From Vulcanimicrobiota bacterium (lineage in GTDB: Bacteria; Vulcanimicrobiota; Vulcanimicrobiia; Vulcanimicrobiales; Vulcanimicrobiaceae), in NCBI GenBank assembly GCA_963833095.1, contig CAWHWQ010000001.1, forward strand, positions 352,001-416,000: a stretch of 64,000 nucleotides of DNA, written 5' to 3'. A model generated the notes under the pieces. The model did not search any database. It had not been told where the DNA came from and saw only the letters and a program-made list of their open reading frames with translations. Below, one piece after another: positions 42,012-51,370 of the stretch (positions are counted from its first letter, which is position 1; each line of letters opens with the position of its first letter). The position numbers were made by a program, and so were the translations under genes.

Positions 42012-42905
42012 ATGAGGCTACATATGAGTATCCGCGATAAGGCTGTGCGAACGCTATTCGGTCTCGCCTTGTTCTTCGCTGTGGGGCTCACTTTATCAAG
42101 CGCGGCTACGCCGCCGACGCCGATTCACGTCATTGTGGATTCCGCTCGCTCCATCCCCGTTACGGTGCAGAACTCTACTCATCCCATCCCCGTCGCGGCA
42201 CAAAGCCCCGCGCTCCCCATCCCCGTTGTAGTGCAAAACTTTCCGTTGCCAGATTGGACTTCGGTGGTTACCGCCATCGGGACTGGGGTGTTGGCCCTGG
42301 GTATTGTCATTGCGCTATTGCAATTTCGTCAAGACCGTTTATTCAATCGCGTTCTACAAACTGGCGGTCTAATCAAACTGTGGAGTAAAAACAAGTACTG
42401 GATTGCCAGGAGTCGCATCGACAAGGATTATGACCAAGGGATAAATCGTCAGAGGGTCAACCGCCTGTACGTGGGTGTGAAGCGATTCAAAGGTTTCAAA
42501 GCATTCCGCGAGTTGGAAGTTGATGTGTACAACTTCATTGAGGAATCGACTCGGATGGCGGAACGAATGGATATTTATATTAGCCGTGGTGTTGCCGACC
42601 TGGGTCTGATTGCTGACCACCTTGGCTATGATGTGTTGGAATTGTACTACTGTATCCAGGATGTTCTTCATGAACGTGCCTTGACTGAGGATTTGAACTA
42701 CGAAGGCTTTCGTGATTTGTCCCTTCGCATTCAGCATTATGCTCGTTTACACAAGGATGTTGACATACGTGACGAGTTGGTTTGGGCGGTCTTTCCGCCG
42801 TTGCCATACCGTGGTGGTGACGAATCCGAAGGCTATCGTACGTCGCGCTTCTATCGTTGGCGCTTAAAGCTGGCGCGGCAGAAGTTCATGAAAAAGACTG
42901 ACTGA
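42012..42905 (+). CDS. Membrane protein with DUF4760-like C-terminal domain
   Basis: Signal peptide, IPVxV repeats, TM, helical domain (ERMDIYISRGVAD..YEGFRDL); AT-rich. Confidence 0.55.
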   Translation: MRLHMSIRDKAVRTLFGLALFFAVGLTLSSAATPPTPIHVIVDSARSIPVTVQNSTHPIPVAAQSPALPIPVVVQNFPLPDWTSVVTAIGTGVLALGIVIALLQFRQDRLFNRVLQTGGLIKLWSKNKYWIARSRIDKDYDQGINRQRVNRLYVGVKRFKGFKAFRELEVDVYNFIEESTRMAERMDIYISRGVADLGLIADHLGYDVLELYYCIQDVLHERALTEDLNYEGFRDLSLRIQHYARLHKDVDIRDELVWAVFPPLPYRGGDESEGYRTSRFYRWRLKLARQKFMKKTD

Positions 42906-43028
42906 GCAAAAAGGCGCTCTGTTATCGGTATCAATTCGGCCTCACAATCGACCTATAGAGTTTCGTTAGGGCGAGCGAGCCAATGGGATCATGGTCGAGC
43001 GGTGCTTCCGATGAGGAAAGGAACGAGA

Positions 43029-43518
43029 ATGAAAAGCAGATTTGCTAAGGCACGCTTCGCGCTCGCTGCTGCACTGTTGTTCGTCGTCGCACCCGCGAGG
43101 GCAACAACGTCCGTAACGATGGACGGCGTGTGATGGCAAGAGCTTCCCCCAACGTAAAAGTTTACGTGGTGCAGGGCATGATTACGGGTCTAGCTGAAGG
43201 CCACAACAGCGGCTGGGCCGATGGGGAAAAGTACGTCCGTGACACCTACATCACTTCGTCGCAGCAACGACTCGCGATCCTTCAAAAAGGCAAACGAAGA
43301 AGCTGATGGCCGGGACAAATGCAGAGGCGGCCAATGCTCCTGTATTTTCTAAGGCTTTCGGAACATACATTGACGAACTCGACACCTGGTATGAGGCCCA
43401 CCCGAAAAGGACGATTATCCGGCCTATCGTCCTTTTGGACCAGTGCCTCGCTGACAACGCTACTTTGCCAGCGATAGGACTTTCTTGCGACGACCTCGGG
43501 AAAGACTTCGACAAATAG
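43029..43518 (+). pseudogene. Disrupted secreted-protein gene
   Basis: Purine-rich RBS, signal peptide MKSRFAKARFALAAALLFVVAPARA, in-frame TGA near 43131 and later frame changes leading into ORF 43306-43518. Confidence 0.55.
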
Positions 43519-43826
43519 GCCTTCGGCCCAGGCGTCCTCAATGTCAGAAACAGAATCGCATCATAGCCGTGACAGTGCCCGCACAGCGTCATCGGGGACG
43601 CGGACCGCGTCTCGAAATTGCGGCCCCTACAGTGCTCTTCCGGTGTGCCGGATAAATCCAGGCCGTCGTCAGCGCTGATGGAGCCTGCAGCGCGGTTACC
43701 CCGGGCAGCTAGCGCGCTCCAGGCTTGCGCAGGATTGATACACGGTTGATGATGGGCGTTGAGGGATTCTGGGACGATTCGGCCCACGTATTGATTAGAG
43801 GCCGGGCTTTTCGAGGTCGGTTTTGC

Positions 43827-43958
43827 GGTGGAGCAGTCCGGTAGCCGTTTCGGCGGCGGCCGAAATGCGCGGCGTTTTCAGGCGAATGCCGTAGAAAACG
43901 CATAGTCGTCGGGCTCATAACCCGAAGGTCGCAAGTTCAAATCTTGCCCCCGCAACCA
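43827..43958 (+). pseudogene. Interrupted second copy of tRNA-fMet (attR)
   Basis: 43827-43845 = 37675-37693; 60-bp insert; 43906-43957 = 37694-37745, then A completing CCA. Confidence 0.85.
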
Positions 43959-43963
43959 AAACG

Positions 43964-44005
43964 AACAGGTCCAAAACGGGAACATTGTTGGACCTGTTTC
44001 TTTTT
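43964..44005 (+). terminator. Intrinsic terminator homologous to 37750-37790
   Basis: AACAGGTCCAA...TTGGACCTGTT followed by TCTTTTT. Confidence 0.8.
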
Positions 44006-44015
44006 CGCAGCCGCA

Positions 44016-45707
44016 TCAAGTTGCGGCGGCGAGAGCACTCAAGCGACGCTGCAACAACGCGTTTTCTTCGCGGATCGCGTCAGTTTCAATCGCGGCAATG
44101 GCGATTGCAATGGCTCCGGCGATATTGGCAACGGCTTTGTCGATATCGGGTGGAATCGCCTCTCCGCCCGCGCGGTCGCCAATGCAGAGAACGCCAACGA
44201 GGCGACCGGCGAGGATCATGGGATAAGCCCGCACGCCAGGGAATGCCGTCGCTAGATCGTGCAGATCCAGAGGCTCTTGATGACCGCGCATATCGGCGCA
44301 CGCGGCGTCGTTCTCCTCGATCTCTGCGGGAGCCTCAGGCCATGACGATCCTGCTTTTGCGAGGGCGCCGTTCGCTGCCAAGTAGACGGCGGTCCCGTCC
44401 ACGAGTGCATACTGGCCTACCGTGTCCAAGGTGTCGCGGATGAGCGGCTTCGTCGACGTATAAAACTGCGCCGTCGTCGCATACCGCACAAGAGCCAACT
44501 CCTGCGCATGCCTCGCGCGGAACAAGATATTGTCTACGGCGCGGTCGACCCGAGTATGCACGACCCGCGCGCTGACGACCACCACGAGGACGATGATAAA
44601 ATCTACAACCGCACTTTCTACCCGCGTCAACGCCAGCAGGTACCGTTCGGCGAAGAATTCGAGCGCCGCGAACATCAGAATTAAGATCGCCGAGGTCAGC
44701 GCGTACACCACCGTGCGATTCAGTACGAACTCGATATCGAAGACACGGTGTTTGAGTATGGCATACGTCACCGCAATCGGAATCAGGTCGAGCGATATCG
44801 TGGTGTAAATCAGAAATACGGTAAATGGTATTCTTCCGAGCGAAAAGGCGATCATGGTTATGGCATAGCCCACGCCGCCGATCATGATCGCCGCAAAGAC
44901 GATGCCGACGCGGGCGCGATCTTCCGGTTTCGCAAGACGCAGCGAAAGCACCGACGCGCAAAGAAGCACGAGTGCCCACAAGCCGCACATGACGGCATAA
45001 GCAATTTGCGATCGTTCGGCGATGACGTCGAGCAAGAATCCGGCGACAACGATCGCATCGACTACGCGGATCGCGCGGAGCCTCTGCGGCGAGGGCGCGG
45101 TACCGGGAAGGCGAATCGCAAACGACGCGAGCACCAAGACCGGGAAAATATTGCACAGGTCGCGCAAGATCCAGGCGATGACGGCGAAGACGGGCGCCGG
45201 CACCCAGAAGAGCTGTGCGGCAAAACTTGACCAGCTCAAGCCGCCGCCGCCGAGGAACAGGATCAAGGCGAAAAGCATTGCGCTCGGACGACGGTATCCA
45301 AGATACCCCACAAGTAAGAACGCGAGCGCAGCTGAAAGCGCCACAAAGATTCGCTGCGAAAGGTCGGTAACGCGCGGAACCGTTTCTCGAACGGCGATCA
45401 ATTGGATTCCCGACGGCGTCTCCAATGGCACGCTCACCATCGCGCCTTTCGCACCGTAGCGCAGCCGTATGCGGTCTACCCAGGGGATGACATCGAGTCG
45501 AACGTGCGCCCCCGGCACGATACCGAGCGCCTGCATTTCTGCGCTCGCCCTCGTGACCGTCGCCGCTCGCCACAAGCCGGGGTTGTCTAGTTCAAATGCC
45601 GGATGATAGGCGTCTGGTCCGATGGATACGGCTAGAACCATGGCAAGCCACGTTAGCGCAAAGGCGGGCAGCAGAACACGCGCTGCCCTCTGACTGGACT
45701 CGCTCAT
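44016..45707 (-). CDS. Polytopic membrane protein with C-terminal GAF-like domain
   Basis: Many TMs, YAILKHRVFDIEFVLNRTVVY, PMILAGRLVGVLCIG. Confidence 0.7.
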   Translation of the reverse strand: MSESSQRAARVLLPAFALTWLAMVLAVSIGPDAYHPAFELDNPGLWRAATVTRASAEMQALGIVPGAHVRLDVIPWVDRIRLRYGAKGAMVSVPLETPSGIQLIAVRETVPRVTDLSQRIFVALSAALAFLLVGYLGYRRPSAMLFALILFLGGGGLSWSSFAAQLFWVPAPVFAVIAWILRDLCNIFPVLVLASFAIRLPGTAPSPQRLRAIRVVDAIVVAGFLLDVIAERSQIAYAVMCGLWALVLLCASVLSLRLAKPEDRARVGIVFAAIMIGGVGYAITMIAFSLGRIPFTVFLIYTTISLDLIPIAVTYAILKHRVFDIEFVLNRTVVYALTSAILILMFAALEFFAERYLLALTRVESAVVDFIIVLVVVVSARVVHTRVDRAVDNILFRARHAQELALVRYATTAQFYTSTKPLIRDTLDTVGQYALVDGTAVYLAANGALAKAGSSWPEAPAEIEENDAACADMRGHQEPLDLHDLATAFPGVRAYPMILAGRLVGVLCIGDRAGGEAIPPDIDKAVANIAGAIAIAIAAIETDAIREENALLQRRLSALAAAT

Positions 45708-45754
45708 GCGGATACGTTCGTCACGTATCGAACCTGCACCGCCCTTACCCCGTG

Positions 45755-46099
45755 CTACGTGAGCGGCGAGAGATGCTTTGGTTCGTACAGGCCGAGCTTG
45801 TCGCCACTCGGGAGTTCGAGCGTCGTCACCAAACCCCAGCCGCGGTCGGCGACCGGTGTCGTTTTGATTCCCTTTGTCTCGAGCTGCGCTACCGTCGTGG
45901 CGATATCGTCGCAGATAAGCCACAGTTCATGTTCGGGGTCGTCTTCGGTTTCATGGACCCCGAGTTCGGTCGGCGGTGCGGCGAAAAAGAGTCGCCCGTT
46001 TCCCGCATCGACATAGCGCAGGTCGAGCACGTCCTTGAGAAAGGCGTACATCTCTTTAGCGTGTTTGGTGTAGAAGATCGCGTGCATCCCAGTAATCAT
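45755..46099 (-). CDS. VOC/glyoxalase-family protein
   Basis: ITGMHAIFY, ELWLICDDI, DRGWG, LYEPKH. Confidence 0.85.
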   Translation of the reverse strand: MITGMHAIFYTKHAKEMYAFLKDVLDLRYVDAGNGRLFFAAPPTELGVHETEDDPEHELWLICDDIATTVAQLETKGIKTTPVADRGWGLVTTLELPSGDKLGLYEPKHLSPLT

Positions 46100-46143
46100 G
46101 CTGTAGGTTTGGGTGGCCGGCCACCTAATATCCTAGCCGCAGG

Positions 46144-46839
46144 ATGATGATCGCGGCTATGGTGCTCGCCCTAGCGACAACGCTTGAAACGCAACTCGTC
46201 GCGCAGATCCAAGCGCGCCTCGACGCAATTACAAGCGGCGATAAAGCCGTCTGGGCGCGCGACCTCGACGATTCGGCGCTGCTCATGGACGAGGAGGGGC
46301 ATGTTTCGACCAAGGCGCAGTTCCTCGCCGGCCTCGCGCCGCTGCCACGAGGTTTCACCGGCTCGTTACATGTAACGCGGCCGCATATCGCCCGAACCGG
46401 CGATGTGGCGGTGATCGCATTCATCGCCGACGAGCACGAAACGATCTACGGCCAGCACTTTCAAGCGCAATTCGGGATGGTCGACACCTATCATCGGGTT
46501 GGCGATCGGTGGCTGCTGCTCTCCGACACGCAGACGCGTCTGCCGCTCGATCCGCCCGTCACCCACCTCACGACGGCACAAGCACAGCGCTACGTCGGGC
46601 GCTACCAGATGCTCGCTGGGCCGCTGGTCTTTGCTGTCACGATGGCCGGCGGAAAACTTCTGGGCGGACGCGAGGGATCGGTAGCGATCCGGATGAGCGC
46701 CATCGCCGATCAACCCAACGCGTTCTTTCGCGAAGGACGCCCCGGCACGCTAATCTTCGTCCCGGACGCACGCGGAAGAATCGTCAAAGTTATCGACCGT
46801 CGCTACTATAACCGCGATATGATCTACCAACGAATCTAG
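46144..46839 (+). CDS. NTF2-like (DUF4440) protein with C-terminal beta domain
   Basis: SnoaL-like pattern (GD..W..L.D, TKAQFL, GDRWLL); RYVGRY starts the second domain. Confidence 0.7.
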   Translation: MMIAAMVLALATTLETQLVAQIQARLDAITSGDKAVWARDLDDSALLMDEEGHVSTKAQFLAGLAPLPRGFTGSLHVTRPHIARTGDVAVIAFIADEHETIYGQHFQAQFGMVDTYHRVGDRWLLLSDTQTRLPLDPPVTHLTTAQAQRYVGRYQMLAGPLVFAVTMAGGKLLGGREGSVAIRMSAIADQPNAFFREGRPGTLIFVPDARGRIVKVIDRRYYNRDMIYQRI

Positions 46840-47044
46840 GGACGTGGATCGCACTCGGTAGGCACACATCCCACAGCGCGAAACACATGGGCCACGAGTT
46901 TCACGTCGGTGGGATCGTCTCCCCACATGAGAACGTTACTGCCCGCTTTTGGAAGCGCGATCAAAGCTCGAATAAAACGCCGCGTGCCGAGCTTTTCAGC
47001 CAAAACCGCGGCCGCATCCCGACCCGCTGATCTTCAGCGCCCGG

Positions 47045-47266
47045 CTAGTGACCACGCATTTTGCGCTTTACGGCGACTAGCTCGGCTTCAGTGAGGTGCT
47101 TGACCTCATCGACGCCGGATACGATCTTTTCATTTGCGGTCATGCTATCGCCCGCCGTTGCGCGCCGGGCATGCTCGGCGTCCGCGGCATACCGATGCAG
47201 CTTCTCGTCGACGAGGTCATGAACGTTTCTCGTCTCTTTGGTCAGCTTCTGTCGTAGGTCTTTCAT
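47045..47266 (-). CDS. Small hypothetical protein
   Basis: 73-aa charged helical ORF with TACGCT -10-like box 6 nt before ATG. Confidence 0.6.
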   Translation of the reverse strand: MKDLRQKLTKETRNVHDLVDEKLHRYAADAEHARRATAGDSMTANEKIVSGVDEVKHLTEAELVAVKRKMRGH

Positions 47267-47432
47267 GGCGCAAGCGTAGCCGAGGCGAGAGGCGCTTGCT
47301 ATAGCGGAAAGCCCGGTCTTTCGACGTCACTTATCGCGCATTCCGCGATGTCGGTCCTGACGCTGCGATGCTACCCTATGGGTGCTCCCCCATGATTCCG
47401 GCGGAGCCATCCATCGTTGAAAGCGTTACGCC

Positions 47433-47822
47433 ATGGCCCGCATCTGCTGCTTGGCCGCAATCGACCCCGACCACGTTCCCCTGCTCAGCGCGGCGCTGCG
47501 AAATGCCGGTGAGTCAACCGTTGCGATCGTCGTCCGTCTCGACGTCGCCGAGCTAAGTAAACGGGCGCCTGATGTCCTCGTTGCCGACGTTGACCGCCTC
47601 GTCGTTGATCCGCTCGAAATGATACGCCAACTCCGTTTCGTGCTTCCCGCATGTATCTTGATCGTCTATACCTCCGCGATGGGGCAGGCCTGGGCGCGTG
47701 AGTGTCATCTCGCCGGCGCCACCTGCGTCCTTTCCAAAGACTCGAACGAATGGCAACTAACCAACGGGATACGGCACGCCACACAGGACGGGTGCTGGAC
47801 CGATCCGCGGTTCGCCGCGTAG
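47433..47822 (+). CDS. Single-domain receiver-like protein
   Basis: PDVLVAD, LEMIRQL, ILIVYT, AGATCVLSK. Confidence 0.7.
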   Translation: MARICCLAAIDPDHVPLLSAALRNAGESTVAIVVRLDVAELSKRAPDVLVADVDRLVVDPLEMIRQLRFVLPACILIVYTSAMGQAWARECHLAGATCVLSKDSNEWQLTNGIRHATQDGCWTDPRFAA

Positions 47823-47823
47823 G

Positions 47824-48201
47824 CTAGGGCAGCGGAAGTTCTTCGATGGCGTCGACGCGATCAGGATAAAAGGCGAGATAGTCTTTAATCTGCGCGACCG
47901 CGTCGTACGGCGCCTCGTACGTCCAGACGGCGTTCGCGCGACGCTCGCCGCCGACGCGAATGCTAAAATACCCCGCTTCGCCCTTATACGGGCAGTACGA
48001 TTCATGATCGGCCGGCTCGAGCAGCGACATGTCAGCATCGGCGCGCGGCACGTAGTACACCGATGGATAGTCGCTTTCGCGTAGGGTCAGCGCGGCGTGT
48101 GTGTCGGCGACGACACGTCCGGCGACGACGACGCGAACACGGTTACCGCTCGGTTCGATCGTGATCGGGTGTTCGGCATTCGGGATTTTCATCGTTTTCA
48201 T
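47824..48201 (-). CDS. DUF427 protein
   Basis: VYYVPRAD, SYCPYKGEAGYF, AVWTY, LAFYP. Confidence 0.9.
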   Translation of the reverse strand: MKTMKIPNAEHPITIEPSGNRVRVVVAGRVVADTHAALTLRESDYPSVYYVPRADADMSLLEPADHESYCPYKGEAGYFSIRVGGERRANAVWTYEAPYDAVAQIKDYLAFYPDRVDAIEELPLP

Positions 48202-48944
48202 AGCGCAGTTTTTCCTCCGTTGACGTCGATGATCTGGCCGGTGATGAACGAAGCTTTTTCCGAAGCGAGGAAAACGATTGCGTTTGCAATTTCTTGCGGC
48301 TCGCCTGCGCGCTTCATCGGCACGCCCGCGATCAGAGTGGCTTTCCGGTCAGCAGTGCCGGTAAACCGGGTGAGCATCTCGGTATCCACCGGACCGGGGG
48401 CAATCGCATTGACCCGCACACCATAAGCAGCGGCTTCAAGTGCTGCCGCTTTCGTAAGACCCTCGACGGCGTGTTTACTCGCGGTGTAGACCGACGCGCC
48501 CGGCGCGCCACGATGCCCCACCGTCGATGAGAGGTTGATGATGCTCCCGGATCCCTGTGGTTGCATCACGCGCAATTCGTGTTTGAGGCTTAACAGCGTG
48601 CCCAGCACATTCGCATCGAACGTGGAGCTGTAATTTTCGACGGTCTGGCCGGTGATCGGGCCGGTTTGCCCTTCGGTTCCCGCGCTGTTCACCGCGGCGT
48701 CGAGCCGGCCAAAGCGCGCGACAACGCTGTCGACGACGTCGCGCACATCGTCGTCATTGCGGACATCGACGCGGAAGAACTCCGCTTCCGCGCCGAGCCC
48801 GCGAAGCTCGGCGACGAGTGCACTCCCAGCGTCGTCGCGCCGGCCGGAAACGGCGACTCGCGCGCCTTCCTTCGCAAAAGCGATGGCGGTTGCGCGACCA
48901 ATGCCGCTGAGCGCTCCGGTAATAAAGACAACTTGCGATTCCAT
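48198..48944 (-). CDS. Short-chain dehydrogenase/reductase
   Basis: TGALSGIG, NSAG, YTASK, PGPVDT. Confidence 0.92.
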   Translation of the reverse strand: MESQVVFITGALSGIGRATAIAFAKEGARVAVSGRRDDAGSALVAELRGLGAEAEFFRVDVRNDDDVRDVVDSVVARFGRLDAAVNSAGTEGQTGPITGQTVENYSSTFDANVLGTLLSLKHELRVMQPQGSGSIINLSSTVGHRGAPGASVYTASKHAVEGLTKAAALEAAAYGVRVNAIAPGPVDTEMLTRFTGTADRKATLIAGVPMKRAGEPQEIANAIVFLASEKASFITGQIIDVNGGKTAL

Positions 48945-49032
48945 ACCGTCCTCAAACAGCGCAAAGCCGCTGTTTGGCTGCAGCGGCCCCCACGCGGTCA
49001 CGCAATTCGCCCGCTCACCGATATACATTGGT

Positions 49033-49470
49033 ATGTGGAGAGCTCAGCGAGCGCTGGCAGTGATCCCGGCCGTTGCCATCGGCGCAGCGATGTGCCTTTG
49101 GCCGCACCTCGCGGGCGCGCAAACGACCGGCAGTGTTCGCGGCTTCGTCCGGTCGCGGGGCGAGCCGCAGCGTGCAATTGCCAATGCAGACGTCCTCATT
49201 AAAGGTGCGACGGCTGTTCGCACCGTTCGAACCGACGCGCAAGGCTTCTTTATCGTCTGGGATCTGCCGCCAGGGCGCTACGCCTTCGGCGCCATCAAGG
49301 ACGAGTACAACCCGGCTTGGAGCTCTATCTGCGTCCACGCAGGCGGCAACCAATACATAAACATACCGCTATCCCAGTCGCTGGGGGGATTCTATTCCCA
49401 ACCTTACTCGATGCGTTTTCGACCGGATCCGTCGCAGACGGTCGATCTCTACAGCCTTGGTGACTGCTAA
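49033..49470 (+). CDS. Secreted carboxypeptidase-regulatory-like domain protein
   Basis: AQTTGSVRGFV, TDAQGFF..DLPPGRY. Confidence 0.75.
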   Translation: MWRAQRALAVIPAVAIGAAMCLWPHLAGAQTTGSVRGFVRSRGEPQRAIANADVLIKGATAVRTVRTDAQGFFIVWDLPPGRYAFGAIKDEYNPAWSSICVHAGGNQYINIPLSQSLGGFYSQPYSMRFRPDPSQTVDLYSLGDC

Positions 49471-49533
49471 GGCATTGAAGATGGCGTAGTTCTACGGACG
49501 CCCGCGCCCGGTGCCGGCGGCTACAGTCGGCAC

Positions 49534-50103
49534 ATGGACATCATCATCGCGCTCGTCTCCTACGCCGGCTGCATCCTGGTCAGCCTGCTCGTCGCCGACT
49601 TCATCACAGGGCTGATGCACTGGGCCGAAGACACCTGGCTGAAACCCGGGAAATCGGCCCTCCTCGACCGATTCATCGTCAACGACAATATCGACCATCA
49701 TCGGTCTCCCGGCAAGATTCGAGCCGGCGCATACTGGCAGACGAACCGCGTCTGCATCGCCCTTGCCGCCGTTGTCACGGCAATACTCATATTCTGCCAC
49801 GTCCACATGTGGGAGCCGTATCTCGTTCTCGCGCTGCTCTCACAATCCAACCAAGTTCACATGTGGGCGCACAGCTCGCGGCCCCCGCGACCGGTGCAAC
49901 TATTGCAGCGCACGGGTCTGCTGCAACCGGCCGCGCATCACGCCGAACACCATAAGCGTCCCTATGCCTCGCGCTTCTGCAGCATGACCGCGTTTCTCAA
50001 TCCGGTGCTCGATCGCATCCACTTCTGGCGCGTGCTCGAAACCATCGCGGTCACCTGCGGCGCCACCGTGCAACGCGCAACGCCCGCCCGCGGAGGATAC
50101 TAA
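49534..50103 (+). CDS. CarF/TMEM189 (Kua)-family lipid desaturase
   Basis: ADFITGLMHWAED, HH, NQVHMWAH, HAEHH, FC..T..LNPVLD..FWR. Confidence 0.82.
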   Translation: MDIIIALVSYAGCILVSLLVADFITGLMHWAEDTWLKPGKSALLDRFIVNDNIDHHRSPGKIRAGAYWQTNRVCIALAAVVTAILIFCHVHMWEPYLVLALLSQSNQVHMWAHSSRPPRPVQLLQRTGLLQPAAHHAEHHKRPYASRFCSMTAFLNPVLDRIHFWRVLETIAVTCGATVQRATPARGGY

Positions 50104-50104
50104 G

Positions 50105-50425
50105 ATGTGGACTCGTGTCGGATATGCCGTCGTCGGTGGGATCCTCGCGGCGGCGGCGTTTGTGGCGGTGATCGTAGCTTTCGCCGCATTCGATCGCTGC
50201 GGATGGGACTGGACGCTTTTTTTATCCGGAGTTGGCGTCGTGTTTTTATCGCCGGTGGGCCTGTTCGGCGTCGGCCTCGGCGCGGTGAACGGCTACTCTA
50301 CCGGGCGCAAATCGCTGCTCGTCGCGGGTTCAATCCTAGCAATAGCCCTTTTAGCCATCGGCACAACTCAAGCGATTCCAAATTTCAATCAGCCCGATGC
50401 ACCGCGCTGCGAGATGCATCTGTAA
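50105..50425 (+). CDS. Small 3-TM protein, paralog 1
   Basis: MWTRVGYA..RCG..LSP..GY..P.C..L. Confidence 0.7.
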   Translation: MWTRVGYAVVGGILAAAAFVAVIVAFAAFDRCGWDWTLFLSGVGVVFLSPVGLFGVGLGAVNGYSTGRKSLLVAGSILAIALLAIGTTQAIPNFNQPDAPRCEMHL

Positions 50426-50444
50426 GCATCGAACGGAGATCAAA

Positions 50445-50768
50445 ATGTGGACTCGTGTAGGTTATGCGACGGCCTCGGCGATACTTGGTCTCCTCGCGAT
50501 CGCCGCCGCCATCTTTGCTTGGGCGTTAGCCGGACGCTGCGGGCCCGAAGGTGCCCTCGAGTTCGTAGCTGTTCTTGCAATGCTTCTTTCTCCGGCTCTT
50601 CTCGTCTTCACAGCGGCCTCGTGGGCCATCGGCTACAACGCCAAACGGAGAGCCCTGGTTATCTATGGGATACTTTTTGCGCTCGCGCTTGGAGCGGCGG
50701 GTATCGTTCAAGCCGTACCGCACTACGACAGTCCGCCGGATAGTCCGCAATGCGGCATCGATCTCTAA
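50445..50768 (+). CDS. Small 3-TM protein, paralog 2
   Basis: Same motif series; GGAG RBS before ATG 50445. Confidence 0.7.
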   Translation: MWTRVGYATASAILGLLAIAAAIFAWALAGRCGPEGALEFVAVLAMLLSPALLVFTAASWAIGYNAKRRALVIYGILFALALGAAGIVQAVPHYDSPPDSPQCGIDL

Positions 50769-50777
50769 GCTTACCTC

Positions 50778-51167
50778 TTACGCGAGGGCGACACACTCGA
50801 TTTCGATATCGAAGTCCAACGGCCAATCGCCGACCGGCACGAAGGTGCGGGCCGGCGGGTTGCTCGGGAAGAAGCGGGCGTAGACCTCGTTGATCGTACG
50901 ATAGTGGTCGCCCGAGGCGTAGACATGGACCATGCAGATCTTATCCAACGATGAGCCGGCGCTCTCCAGGACGTGCTGGAGGTTGCTCAAGCACCGCTCC
51001 GTCTGCTCGGCAATCGATCCCCGCACGAAGCGCCCGGTCGCCGGGTCGATGGGCGGGGTTCCCGAGACGAAGATGAACCCGTTGGCCCGCACCGCAGCCG
51101 AGATCGGGACCCCGTTGGCCCGGCTGACCTGGGAGATTCCGGGGACCTCGATGACCTCACGTTGCAT
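50778..51167 (-). CDS. RidA/YjgF-family protein
   Basis: FVSG, NEVYARFF..PPART, IEIECVA. Confidence 0.9.
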   Translation of the reverse strand: MQREVIEVPGISQVSRANGVPISAAVRANGFIFVSGTPPIDPATGRFVRGSIAEQTERCLSNLQHVLESAGSSLDKICMVHVYASGDHYRTINEVYARFFPSNPPARTFVPVGDWPLDFDIEIECVALA

Positions 51168-51201
51168 TGATCCAGCCTTTCTGGTATAAAGCTACAACAC
51201 C

Positions 51202-51267
51202 ATGTCAGTATTTCAGGCCCACGTCCATCATCACCATCATCACGGACTCGCGAGTCGCGTGCGATGA
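51202..51267 (+). CDS. hisL: his operon leader peptide
   Basis: MSVFQAHVHHHHHHGLASRVR; 7 His codons, 6 consecutive. Confidence 0.9.
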   Translation: MSVFQAHVHHHHHHGLASRVR

Positions 51268-51300
51268 CTGTTTGACGTAAGCCTGAGATCCAAGAAGTTC

Positions 51301-51344
51301 AGGAAGAGGTCGCGGTCCGCCCGCGGCCTCTTCTTTTTTCTTTT
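51301..51344 (+). terminator. his attenuator terminator
   Basis: AGGAAGAGGTCGCGG / CCGCGGCCTCTTCTT hairpin plus T run, between the leader and hisG. Confidence 0.9.
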
Positions 51345-51370
51345 GTGCCCGTACTCCGAAAGGATGCCCC

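Noticed and set aside
43519..43820. Integrase remnant next to attR
   Set aside because: No tyrosine or serine recombinase motifs recognised in the frames inspected; ORFs 43251-43787 and 43709-43918 look spurious.
43827..43958. Functional second tRNA-fMet with a group I or archaeal-type intron
   Set aside because: Insert too short for a group I core, no clear bulge-helix-bulge, and the 5' acceptor strand is degenerate; kept only as an interrupted copy.
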